DNA of 61,495 nucleotides, filler included, from Basidiobolus ranarum (Eukaryota): NCBI GenBank assembly GCA_040143965.1. It is 5 parts of 5 records of this genome, joined end to end, with 100 filler letters (N's around TTAATTAATTAA, not from the genome) between each part and the next. Parts side by side here need not be neighbours in the genome. Positions count along the whole stretch, not along the records: positions 24,705 to 36,905 come from JASJQH010007434.1; positions 37,006 to 49,203 come from JASJQH010007435.1; 3 more parts are not named here. One strand, 5' to 3'. Shown piece by piece: positions 25,947 to 38,308 of this stretch (position 1 is its first letter; each line of letters starts with the position of its first letter). The notes under the pieces were generated by a model. It saw only the letters and a program-made list of their open reading frames with translations, ran no database searches and was not told where the DNA came from. The position numbers and the translations under genes were made by a program.

Positions 25947-26920
25947 ATGAAGGCTCCTTCTTTCATTCTTTTAGCGATGGTTAGCGTGACTTCTCTGGCC
26001 GATGCTATACCATTCCTCTTCTTTGACTTTATTGGATACGAGAAACCTGGTTGCATTGATGGAAACCTGAAATGACTATCTCCAGATAACTCGGATCGCT
26101 ATGAGATTTTGACTCATATCTACAGTACGTACATCCTTGACAACAGTAATCTCGGAAGCATTCAAGTTTGCAACCAAGATGGATTTACCCAATGGTCTGA
26201 TATTTATGACTTCTTACACTGTGACGAGGTCCTCTCCAAGATATCAGTGAAGAAAAATGCGTATGGCAACAACATTGGACTATATGTTAACACTTACTTG
26301 GAGAGTATTATGCTACCCATTTCCCAAGATAGCGAGATGTACTACTTCAAAAGAATCAAATTTAATCAACTAAGGATAGCGGTTACATAAAAATTGATTC
26401 TTTGCATATCAAGACTAGTTCAAGAATCGTTAGCTACCTTGCTCCTGGACCTAGATTTCCAGACTCAGCAACAAATATGATGCTGAATCCTCTACTGCTG
26501 TCTACTTGCGATCCAACTGATGTAGAGTGCCTAAGAAGCGGTTTGAGATTCGACCGTGACCGGAAGAAGCCTTATACTACTCTGAATGACTGTCAAAATA
26601 TTACCGATAATAGAATTAAGCAATTATGCGACAATCACCCAAGAAACACCTGCATCAAAGAGAATGCACCCAAGGGACTTACTGTAGAATCAGCTGTTAA
26701 CTGTTAGACTATAAAATGCCAAGACAACGGTGCTGACGGTGGTAGCGTTGAACATTTAGTGAAAAGCGCTATATTTAAAGGGCTTGGTAAATTTGTTAAG
26801 CCAGATATAAAAGGTTATAACAAAGCACTGACCAATTCATTGAATGGTTGGTATGCGAACATCAAGGCGGAGGGTAAGAGTGCTATTGGTTTGTTGAAGG
26901 GGAACTTGATACCTTTCTGA
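25947..26920 (+). pseudogene. Secreted Cys-containing protein pseudogene, unknown family
   Basis: TATA near 25833 and signal peptide MKAPSFILLAMVSVTSLADA. In-frame TGA at 26073, frame change around 26390-26402, in-frame TAG at 26705; the frame then continues to TGA 26918-26920. Confidence 0.65.
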
Positions 26921-27709
26921 GCAGCTATTATCGAAGATAGAGATCTTTCTCTTCAGAGCAACTATCGTTGACCTTATCCTATTATGTTTGTTTTTTTCAT
27001 TCAGTCTTCAATTATTGATGGTAAAATGGTTAAAAAGTAAAAAAGATTTACAAGTATTATGAGGTTGACCCATTTAAATCATAGTAACTTCGGATTTTGT
27101 AAAGAAAGGAGCATGAATTAGCAGGATAACTTGGCCAAGAATGAAATACACTCAATCAGCGTGGTATTTTCAAGATAGATCAAGAACGTATAAGAATAGC
27201 TGGTACAGTATTAGAGATTATAGAGAGTTGATCAAGGCGATTGCTTTTTATTGGCCTTCATTCCTCACTTGCATAATATCCATTCTTGTCTGATAGTATC
27301 TTACCATCTAACTAGCAAGAGATAGCGAACTGGGGATGGTGGCTTCTTTTGAGCGCTTATTATACGCAGCTCATACCGGATTGGTATCTTGATTAATGTC
27401 TGACATTAGTTTTAAAGTATGTCTCCTCTTTAATCTGCTCGCATGTAGGTAATATTGAACAAATCAATTCTTTGTGCTTTCTATGGTACAACGTTAACGG
27501 TTCCATGGTAATAAATAGTCCTGTAAATAACCGCACCAGAGATAATATGTAACTTCGGTAACAGGCTATAAGAAGATTGCAAGAAATAGTTCACTCAATC
27601 ATATTTAGTTTTCGGTTGGAATTGAATTATTAAGTAGGAAAGATAAGGAGGCGGCGCATAGCGCTCACCTCCCACAAACAAAAATTTAACAGTCGAGACA
27701 CCCCTAAGG

Positions 27710-28483
27710 ATGTTCGCGTCAAGGACCCTGAGACGCTGTGCAATGCTCAATTTCCAAGACGAAGAGCTCACCTACATGATCGTAAGCTCCCCCTGCCAGG
27801 TAAGTATGCTTTACAGCCATTGTAATGGTCCATTTTTAAGACCAATCTGTCAATTTTGTACATTATGGGATACGATATCAACAATTAGTATATGCAACAT
27901 TCAATATTTTGTAGTCCGCGCTGGTGAACTCTAGCAGTCGATTATTTCACCAGGCAGGTGAGGATACTTACATACATATCCAACTTTTCTTCTAACATAT
28001 TGTCATGAAAATATAGATTGTTATTCTGATCCTCACTTAATGTGGTGTGAGTTATCCCATTTCTCTCCAAATACTTCCAAAGTTCTTTGTGATCTTGACA
28101 AGTAATATTGGTTAGGAGGAATAAATCAAAAAAAGAAATTTTTGCCGCAACTAAAGGTTAAATGAAATTTCGCAGATACTTACAAAAGGTAAATTCGGCA
28201 ACTGTATTCGATGCTTGACGACAGACAACCTGTCCTGGCGTGGATATATTCCTCCACATGATATATTCATCCACATGAAGGCAGTGCACAGGATGTCATG
28301 GTGATCCACTATCTGCTGGATGATATTGAGATATTTATCAAGCAACTCACTTTGGCCAATCAAATCGCTAAGATTCTGCACTCTTACCAAGAGAGGAGCA
28401 GCCTGGCACAAGTGGTAAGAATTATGGAAAACACACACTGGGATTGTGTTCGAAACATCTGTGTATCTATGAAGATAAAATAA
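27710..28483 (+). pseudogene. Degraded spliced coding-like relic, unidentified
   Basis: Short ORFs bounded by canonical donors (CAG|GTAAGT near 27799, CAG|GTGAGG near 27957) but interrupted by stops. Confidence 0.25.
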
Positions 28484-29046
28484 GGTATCTTGAGGTCAAC
28501 TTTGATGACTTTGAAATTTCAAATTTAATATTGCTAATTCTTGAATAATTCACATATGCTTCATATAGTTGTGATTTTCTGCCAAGTGTAATTTGAGATG
28601 TTGCGAACTTGGATATGATATATGAAATAGTCCAGTGTATAGAGATAGTGATAACTATCTCTTAACCGTTACACTGCCACCTAGAATATAGCCCAGAAGA
28701 CAGCATCAACTGAGATTGTTTATGGAAATTATAGAACTCTTCAATAGTTTATAACTCAAAGTTAATTATACACAGAGTGCATCAAATATAAATCAACACA
28801 AGTTGCATTCTTTGGTGAGTTAGTATAAGGGTATGTTGGACGATGATTTAACAATTACACATAATGTATAAGAAAAGTATACAATGGATATCAGCTAACG
28901 GGTTGAAAACAACTACTAGAAACTACGGGAAAGAAGCATGCCGAATGAGGGTGTTAATAAATAATGAGTGAATGTCACTGTATACAAAAAAATCAAGCAG
29001 AATCGCTATAGGTATTTGATGCATTGGTAAATCGGAGAATTTTGCT

Positions 29047-29630
29047 TTAGCTTCTCCTTAGACTTGCCAATGGATCAACTATCTCGAGTGGAGGTGGCGA
29101 AGATACGTGTTGCTCCGCGGAAGAACGATGGGTACTGCTAGTATCTGTCATTTCAATGATGTATGCGGGCGGTTCATCACGTGCTGTTTCGTAAGTAGGA
29201 GGAGATTCGTACATTAGCTCTGGGTTATTACGACGGCGCAATTGCTCTCGGAATAAGTTAATAGCTTCGTAAGCCCCTATCCCGTCACCTTCGTATACTA
29301 GTAAAATATGTCTCTTTTCAAGTAATGAGTAAATCATTCTAAAAACTATACATTAAAAAGCTTTCAACTTACCAACATTTGAATCGGAAACGCAATGAAA
29401 AGGATTAGCATAGGTAATAACCATAATACTAGACTTTCTTTTGTAAAGTGGAAGAGCACACCGGCCAGTGCTGCAATAACCAACAGCTCACCAAGTAGTA
29501 TGAAAAAAAATCGTTTGTGAAGTCGAAATTTTTGCGCACGGTCCGCTGCCGCTGCAAGTTGGGTACGAGAGGGTGGAAGGCGAACTGTGGTAGCGTTTGT
29601 ATTGTTTTCAGTGGCAGTTGAAGGAGGCAT
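29047..29630 (-). CDS. Small two-TM membrane protein with PPxY motifs (splice join uncertain)
   Basis: Exon 1 has two hydrophobic helices; the downstream ORF has SPPTYE and EPPAY. The obvious GTAAGT donor does not join the two ORFs in frame. Confidence 0.55.
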
Positions 29631-31551
29631 GCTATAAAGTGTAGAGGAGGGGCTGAATACTTGTAGGAATTGTTACTACTTGCTCCAATAGGTAATCTTG
29701 GGCAACAATTAAATTTATCAAGAGGAAAGGATAGAAGATGTAGATTTATCGAATTATATGGGCGTTAACCTATTTGTAAGGTTGACTCGAATACTAGATT
29801 ACTCTTCTAAACAGAACTTGTTTCAAGATGCCATAACTGGTTCAATCCGAGAATGGGAAGAGGAAAACCTAAATTATGAGCTTGTGACTTCCAAAAAGTA
29901 CCAATCACGATCAAGAGTTGTCCAACGTGAACGAAGGCCAGCAGTGTGTAACCCGAGGTCCAGCATCACCACGATAATAAGCTTTAAGAACGGATGGAGA
30001 AAATAATTTAGCAATAACTCCAAAGCATCCATCTCTCATCAACCTCGGCCTCCCGGGTACAAATGCTACCACCTTGTGTTTCCTACCCACTCTCGGTCTC
30101 ACTCTTAACTACGCTCGATACTGTTAAGCAGGTCGATCTCGAAATTTCTTGCTTTCTCGACATCATTCCTTAGTACGTTTTGATTGGCCGAAAGCTATAG
30201 AATAAGCAGCAATTTATCTCGGCATGGAAGAGTATGATGGCCTTTTCTAGGTACCTCAACAAAGCGTAAGACGTATCGGCCAGGAGAGAGATCTCGCGCC
30301 GTATGTGGTATGTGATCTAGCTAACTAAAGAAGAGACCTGAATGAAACACTCGCATCTATGACATGGGGCTGTTAGAGCCAGCAATTTATACTTCGTCAT
30401 TCACCACCTTTTGGACTAACATACGCTATGATACAATTCGGCAGCTCGCCCCTGCCACTATTTCCTGATATTGTTAGCATAAGTGGCTAACTTAGCATTA
30501 TACCACAACCGGACCTCTTACATCCAAATACCGTTTTCTTGTGGCACTTGCTCCTGGTAAAGTAAGTAAACTATGCTTGTTTAACTAAAGCTTGCAGGAA
30601 TTGGATCAGCGCAAGTAGCATATTAGCATATTAGCAGCCATCAATCCTACTCCACAATGATCATGAAGATCACCATCACCAACTCAGCAGGCTATAGCGT
30701 AGAATCCTGGTGATCAGATTATCAGCAACTTCCAGGACAGTCCGATTTATCCCAAAAATGAATAATGCGTTAAGAACTTGATTAACGCGTAGGGTCCCTG
30801 CAGGATTTGGGATAGTGGAAACTTCACCCCAGCAACCCTGGCAATTCAGAGGCCACTGTCGCATTAAACGGGATTAGCACCAAATCTCCTCAAATAACCT
30901 CTGGGCGTCTTGACAAGCCAACTGATTCTGGTTTCAGACTCGCAATGTAAATAGTAGATTTAATGTATTTGACCATCACTCTGTGTTAGACACAGTAGGT
31001 GCAAAATGGCAACTGAGTATCTCAAGTCTCTTATCCCTAGGGCTCGTACACGAGTGCTTGAAGAGAAATCTAGCTAAGAAATATCTGAGTGGCAACTATG
31101 CACTGCTACACCGAAATTGGCCCACAGAATGCAAAAATATGTCCACGTAAAGCGAGCTATGAGCCAACGCCAATGAGATCCGTCAAACAGCAAATTACAT
31201 GAAATATCCTCTGGTTATTTACGTTATTATTGAAGCGTTCGCCGTGGGGAAATCAATGGGTTTTTCGAGATTTCTTTTAGGAAGCATAGTCTGGTTTCAC
31301 ATGCGTCAACTTCATTATTAGTACCCACTAAGGCCAATTGGGTACCAGTGTGCTGAAAAATGAAAATTATGGCACCAGCTCCCTTACTTAGACACTAAAT
31401 CTCATTTGACAATTCAAATGTGGTACGTACATCGTTTGTTTACCTGGGTAGGTCATTTTTCATGGGAAAGTAATTCCCACTGCCAATCCCAGACATATTA
31501 AATACCCCCTAAAAGCGCCTACGTTTTCTTTTTCAAACTATTCCAACCACC

Positions 31552-32526
31552 ATGTCCGTCCACGCTTACTCTGACTCTGACATCCAACTCGCTGCTGACC
31601 ATCTTTTGGCTCAAGTACCACAAACTCTACTTCCCAAGATTGGTGTTGTTTGTGGCTCTGGTTTAGGAGGTCTCGTTGAATCTCTCCAAGATACTGTTGA
31701 ATTCCCCTATGAAAGCATCCCAGGCTTCCCTCATAGCACAGGTAAATATAGGAAGCGAGGTTTTGCTAAATAATATTTATTGAACACTAATTGATTCGCA
31801 TAAATAGTCGCTGGACATGCTGGTAAACTTGTCTTTGGTTTATTGGCTGGAAAGCCTGCTGTTTGTATGGTTGGCCGTTTCCACTTCTACGAAGGTCACG
31901 TCTTAAAGCATACCGTACTACCCATCCGCGTTATGAAACTTTTGGGCGTCGAGACTCTTATTGTTACTAATGCCGCAGGTTCCCTTAACCATACCAAATG
32001 CCAGATTGGTGATATCATGATTATTGAAGACCATATCAATCTCCCTGGTATGACTGGTAATAACCCATTAGTCGGAGCTAACCTCGAGGCTTTTGGTCCC
32101 CGCTTCCCACCTGTCAATGACGCATACCCACGTGAGCTTAGATCACTTGCTTTCCGTGCTTCCAGAGAGCTTGGAATCCGTCAGTTTGTCAAGGAAGGAG
32201 TTTACTGCTTTGTCTCTGGACCTTCTTACGAATCACCAGCTGAAGCCAGATTCTTGCAGAGTGTAGGAGGTGATGTTGTTGGAATGAGCACCGTCCCTGA
32301 AGTTCTTGTGGCCAGACACTGTGACCTCCGAGTTTTGGGATTCTCATTGGTCACCAACTTTGTAGTTAACAGACGTGAAAGAACTGCCGATGAAGAATCA
32401 CCCGAATTCAATCTCCCAGTTGAATCTGAAGTAGCTACTCCTAACCATGAGGAAGTTCTTGCTGTGGGTGTGATGAGATCCAAGGATATGCAAAACCTTG
32501 TTCAAAAGATTGTCGAATTGATTTAA
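31552..32526 (+). CDS. PNP1: Purine nucleoside phosphorylase, one intron
   Basis: IGVVCGSGLGGL, FPHST|VAGHAG, GRFHFYEG, TNAAG, GPSYESPAE, VGMSTVPEV and NHEEVL. Confidence 0.95.
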
Positions 32527-33291
32527 GTGAACAGGGTTCACTCATATAGACATTTCCTCGGTCAAACCAACTGCACCTTTCAGATCATTTACCATCAAGA
32601 TATTTCACTGAGGGCTTCTCTTCTAAACCGTATGCTATGATATATCCAGTATATTCAATTGTATTGTAGAGAAGATTAATAAATATTTTAAGTGTATCAT
32701 CTATCCCTTATCGAATCCCATGAAGCAACATGTTCCTACTAATGTAATCCTTGAATTTGTCCCATTTTGTCGGAACTAACATCTTGCGTAAAATAGCGTA
32801 ATCTAAAATCATGTGATTGAATCTGTCAGAAATCTTCCTAATCAATATTCTTCGATTTGCAAAAAAATCCACTATATTTTGATATTTGGACGTGATGGTG
32901 GACTGGAAAAAAAAACTGAGAATGTGTGGCAATCACCAAATGAATCAAGTTTAATATCGAATTCTTTTTACCAATGTGAAAAATATTTTACTGCTGGAAA
33001 TTCGATATTTCTATGAGGGGAGGAGAGAGCTCCATCATTCAGAAATGGGATAGAAAAATCAATAGGAAAATCAACGGTAGGATAATTGTAGATTTAAAAA
33101 AAAAAAAATACTCATGGAGACTAGGTATTCAAAGCGAGTAATAAAAAAAAATCACTACACACAAAGTCAGCTTAGTGTGAAGTGGCGATAGTTAATTCCT
33201 TTTTTTATCTGGAATAAATTTTATCGGTTTTTCAAACCAAGTTGTAACTTTCCTTGTTCTACCGCCTCAATTTCTGTAGAAAAAAACAAAT

Positions 33292-34390
33292 ATGGGCTTA
33301 TCAGGTCAACGCAAACAGCAACGTATTGGTGCCGATCCCAATAACTTGGCATGGAGTACAGGTCAGTCACCTCTTCATTGGGATTTTTTCTTTTGTCAGT
33401 ATTTCTTATTGATTTATCTCATTAGATACAAACAAGTTTGGTTTCAAAATGCTCCAAAAGATGGGCTGGACACAGGGCAAAGGTCTTGGTATTAACGAAG
33501 ACGGAAATACCGAGCATGTCAAAATCCGTTTGAAGGAAGATAACTTGGGTGTAGGTGCAGATAAGAAATCCATCGATAACTGGTTAGGTAGTACTGATGC
33601 CTTCAGTAGTTTGTTGGAAGAATTAAACAACAGAATGGCCGAGTCAGAAGCCTTGGAAAAAACTGAAGAATCGGACAATAAAGATAAAGAAGAGGAGAAA
33701 AAGAAGAAAAAGAAAGAGAAGAAAGAAAAGAAGAAGAAAGAAGAGAAAAAGGAAGAGGTTGAGGAAACCAACAGTGGAACCAGTACTCCTAGGTCCATTA
33801 GTCGCTTAAGGTAGATTTTAGAAGTAGTTTATCCATAATAGCTTCCTATTTCTCATAACACTCTACTTTAATCCGATAGTCATCGTACAAGGTATATTCG
33901 TAATAAGCAAGTTAGTGGATATGATGCACAACACTTGAATGAAATTCTTGGCATCAAATCGAACAGTGCATCTCCAGCTGTTTCGTCACGAGCCTCTCCT
34001 GAGCCAGAGAAATCCTCTATTGATGAGGAATTGGCAAACAGTATGAAGCTGAAGAAAAGTACAATGAGTGCTCAAGAATATTTTGCCATGAAGATGCAAA
34101 ACAGGCGCATCACCGGTATTGCCAGTAGTGGTTTAGGTAAATATTTTCTCGATTGATTCTCATTGATGCAACTTTATTAACCCACAGCCGAATCAGGTAC
34201 CAATGGGGAAAACAAATCATCAACCATTACTATGACTACTGTCACTACTACCGAGACTGTTGAGGCTGTGGAGCCAAAGCGTAAGAGCACCGAGGAAGAT
34301 GCCACACCTAGCAAAAAATCAAAGTAGGAAAAGAAAGAGAAATAGGAGAAGAAGGAGAAGAAACATAAGAAGTCCAAACGATCTGATTAA
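33292..34390 (+). CDS. PXR1: G-patch protein Pxr1/Gno1/PinX1, 4 exons; two TAG codons in the Lys-rich tail
   Basis: MGLSGQRKQQRIGADPNNLAWS|TDTNKFGFKMLQKMGWTQGKGLG...KEDNLGVGA, LNEILG, SAQEYFAMKM and KKE tracts. TAG at 34325 and 34343; the frame otherwise ends at TAA 34388-34390. Confidence 0.88.
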
Positions 34391-35314
34391 TGCACGGTTA
34401 TTTTATCATACGAACCAAGCACATAACACTACCTGGAATTTTATTTTTTTCTTTATATTGAACACTCTTCGAATAATGTACTTCAACCATTTCAATTTGC
34501 AACCTAGACACTTTCTTATTAAACTTTTTCCACCTGGTTATTGATTTCGTCTGGCCTTGATCTATTTAATCTAATCCATTCGTTCAGTGACTCGTTTCAT
34601 GTTCCTTTGATTATCCCGAAGAGCCTTGGCAGAGACAGAGTCATTCGATGTGTTTGCAAACATTTTGAGTTTACTCTGAAACTAATATCAAGGCCAAGGT
34701 GTCCCATGTATGATTACACTTGAAACCCTAAGGTGTCGAGAATGAAGTGTCAGCGCTTGATCCGCGCCATTTAGCGAGAACCCAATATGCAACATATTGA
34801 TGTAGTCATCTCTCGTGAATCACAAGTAATATATGACATAAGTACCAGGCAAGCCCATCCTTGAGATTGTTCTCAGCAAATCACCAAGCCACATATTCAC
34901 TTGCTTACTCATCTAATTGTTTGATGACATAGCTCCACTGCTAGTCACCAAGTTATTGAACTGAAGGAAATCTGCATAATGAAACGTGCTAATGGTTGAA
35001 CTTTGTGCATGTTGAGAAATACAGCCTGCCTTTTGAAGTGAATGCATGAGTAGCTCTAAAAGCAACTCCCTCTTAGATGAATCATAGATTTTGACTAACG
35101 TCAGTGAGGGTACCAAGACTATCTTAACCTTTTCTTCTGGACTTGGCTGGGCCAAATCATTGGTACAACATGCATGAACTAACCTGTAATCACCTTTGCT
35201 ACCCTCCAAAGTGGCGTGGTCGAATTGAAAAGATCTTTCTTGAATATAAAACCATGAGATTCTCTCAAGTTATTTCAAAAATCATCTGCTCTCTAGCTAC
35301 AAACACTACTCGAA

Positions 35315-35761
35315 ATGAAATTCACCGTCCTCTCCGCTTTAGTTCTCGGTCTTAGCGCCTCAGTATACACCCAGAGTGTTCAAAGCGGCGTATGTCTGGC
35401 CACTTGCGGATCTAATGATTACATTTGTAAAGCTAAATGTGTCGGCGTTCCAATTCCAGCCAATGTTTCTCCAGCCATTCAAACCTGTCTACGTGGTTGC
35501 ACTAGCACCGACGCAAGTACTATAAATTGTTTGAAGAATTGTGTCAGCGGGAATGGTGCTACTACTCAGCCGTCATCCAGCACCAATACCAACAACAACA
35601 ACAACAATCCTCAATCGAATGTTGGAACCAGCCCCACAGCTGCCACTCCAGCACCCGCCACTACCCAGGCTCACTCTGCTGCTAATGCAATGTCCATCGG
35701 AACTACCCCGCTTGCGGTCGTTGTATTAACTGTCTGGAGTATGTTGCAATCTTCCAACTAA
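35315..35761 (+). CDS. Small secreted Cys-rich, probably GPI-anchored cell-surface protein
   Basis: Signal peptide MKFTVLSALVLGLSA, eight Cys in CxxxC pairs, S/T/N/P-rich stalk, omega-like SAA followed by a hydrophobic C-terminus. Confidence 0.8.
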   Translation: MKFTVLSALVLGLSASVYTQSVQSGVCLATCGSNDYICKAKCVGVPIPANVSPAIQTCLRGCTSTDASTINCLKNCVSGNGATTQPSSSTNTNNNNNNPQSNVGTSPTAATPAPATTQAHSAANAMSIGTTPLAVVVLTVWSMLQSSN

Positions 35762-36252
35762 ATAATAATGCAGAACTCCCAAAGCAATTATCTGTACATG
35801 CTTTCACACAATAGTCAATAAACTTTAAAGAAAATCAGTACTCTATCGTTCCAGCACTTGTGCAACACACGGGAAATGCATTACTCGTTGGTTCTAACAT
35901 ACAAATGTCAATGACCGAAAGAGCTAACAAGAACTGGGTTAAAAGGTGACATTATGAATCTAAATTAAACTCAGCTTATTTAAACATGAAACAAAATCAG
36001 ATATGGTGTACTTGATTAAGTATTAAGAGTTTAAATCGACAAATAGTTCTTGAAAGATCTTTAATTACGTAAAATTCTTAAAAAAAACGATCATTTTTTG
36101 ATCTACTGTATCCCCCTAATTGAAAGGGACCATTAATGATATCAGGATTTTGCGAAATTGGAAACTCGAGTTAAATGATATTTTTGAGTGAGCAAGCGGG
36201 TTTCCCTCTCTTTTTCTCCTCTAACAGTTGATAGTTTGCTTCGAGCGAAAAA

Positions 36253-36794
36253 ATGTAAGTCTAGTATTTGTTTTAACGAGGCTCGTGTTGAATTTGTTAG
36301 TGGACTCTAATCTCTCATGATTTTCTTTTTCTACGTGATATATTTATTTTTGTATTGTCTATCCATAAATCTGATTCAACACAGCCATCCATATCACTCA
36401 TCTGGATACTAATGTATTGTCGCTCTTCTGACAACGTTATGATTTAGGGTTTCTTTGAGCAGTCAAAAGCGTTTGGCCGCAAGTGTTCTTAAATGCGGCA
36501 AAAGAAAGGTCTGGATCGACCCCAACGAAATTAGCGAAATTGCTAATGCCAACTCTCGTATGTACATTCCGAAACCTAGCAGTCGTTTGTCAATTATTAA
36601 CCAAGTATTTTAACCCAACAGGCCAAAACATCCGTAAGCTTGTTAAGGATGGTCTTATCATCAAGAAGCCTAATGTTGTTCATTCTCGTTTCAGAGTTCG
36701 TGAAAAGCTCGCCGCTAAGCGTAAGGGACGTCACACCGGTACTGGTAAGCGTAGAGGTACTGCTGAAGCTCGTATGCCTACTCAAGTCCTCTGG
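36253..36794 (+). CDS. RPL19: 60S ribosomal protein L19 (eL19), 5' portion; start codon split by intron 1; truncated near the contig end
   Basis: AT|intron 36255-36447|G gives [28 protein letters not shown]...[17 protein letters not shown]...[24 protein letters not shown], followed by unrelated sequence. Confidence 0.92.
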
Positions 36795-36905
36795 CCACAA
36801 CTTTCATATATTAATAGGTACACCACCATACAAAAACATAAGTCCATTTTTTTTAAACTTAGCCCTTTTTCTAATGTATCCATGTTGGATAGTTAATCTT
36901 TATTC

Positions 36906-37005
36906 NNNNNNNNNNNNNNNNNNNNNNNNNNNNNNNNNNNNNNNNNNNNTTAATTAATTAANNNNNNNNNNNNNNNNNNNNNNNNNNNNNNNNNNNNNNN
37001 NNNNN
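36906..37005. other. Artificial contig linker
   Basis: N44-TTAATTAATTAA-N44. Confidence 0.97.
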
Positions 37006-37289
37006 GACAATTTATCAAAATAAATAGTAAATAGAAACGCAAAATTTGGACTACAATTCGGCAATGGCTGTTTACAACCAAATCCAATGTGTAGTTATCG
37101 TATAATGTGTAGTTATGTAAGCAAACTTTTAACATATCAGATTTCCCTCTAGAAATATTTATTTGATGTATATACAAATGAAATGAGTAAATGTAACTGG
37201 CTATATAGGATAATGGAAGAATGCACAATTAAAGAGAAGGATAAACATATTTGGGAAAAGGGCTATAATACAGAGCTAAGATGAGACCA

Positions 37290-38308
37290 TCATAATATTT
37301 GGAACTTTGGAAAGTTAGGTTGAACAGGCTCAGAATCTGATCTTGCTCTGAGACGATTGAGCAGACTCCCCCTCGTCAAAGTACCTTCTTTTAATAGATG
37401 TGGACGGTGAGAACCAAGTGTTCTTCTATCAATAAGTGAGACCTTCACCGATGCAGGATCTCGAGGCCCGCTGACTGAACGAGAGCGATGTCTTTTCATC
37501 ACAAAGTTGGATTCGAAACGCATCATTCCCATTTTGCATTCAGAATAGTATTGATCATCATTCATTTCTACATAATTCCGTGGCTCGCAATGATTTTTTT
37601 GGGTATCATAAAAGTGTCGATATCCTCCGTCCAGAACGTAAAGCTCTGGGAAAAAAAGATTGGGATAATTGGCCATATTATGCTCACGATCTCGATTACG
37701 AAGATATAAAGCCCTAAATAAGTAAAATTTAGTTCACTAGTTTTTCCATTGATTATATAGAGAAGAGCCCTCACATTCTGGGACCTCGTTGTGCAGAATA
37801 TTCACAATGAAAGATAACGAGAGTACGCTGAGTTCTTAGTGAAGAGTTGAAGAAATACTCATCTAGCTGTTCCTTCGTATTGAGATTGATGGCGCCTTGA
37901 ATATGGCCACCCTCATACTCATAAGAAAATCGACAATCAACAATGATGAACTTATCATATAGGCCAGTGTATTTGTCCGTAAGTAAATCATTGAGCTGTA
38001 ATATGGAAAGCTTGATGAGTGCCCATCCCCACAATTTGGTCATAATAAAAAATACATACAGTATGAGCAGACACTCTCTTGAGAGTATCTTCTTTGCTGT
38101 TATAACATGGTAGAGTATGATATTGCCCTGAGGGATCCAAAACAGCCGACTTGTTCGTCTTGCTGTAAAGAAATTCCTCCCGAGTCAAGCACATACTTTG
38201 GGTCTTGCGAAGCTTTGGTGGAGGTGCCACAGTAAAGTCATGGATTTTGGAGTCATCTGTGGAAGGATAATGTGGTATGGGTGAGGCAATTGTGTGTTTG
38301 GCGCTCAT
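37290..38308 (-). CDS. CDC25: Cdc25/Mih1 M-phase inducer phosphatase (rhodanese fold), 3 exons
   Basis: IVDCRFSYEYEGGHIQGAINL, active site HCEYSAQRGPRM, YPNLFFPELYVLDGGY and CEPRNYVEM. Confidence 0.9.

Noticed and set aside
23836..34345. Stop-codon reassignment (TAA/TAG as sense)
   Set aside because: TAA and TAG end conserved genes at their expected positions (YDJ1, RPS12, ETF beta), and the internal stops imply different amino acids (Y, K, W).
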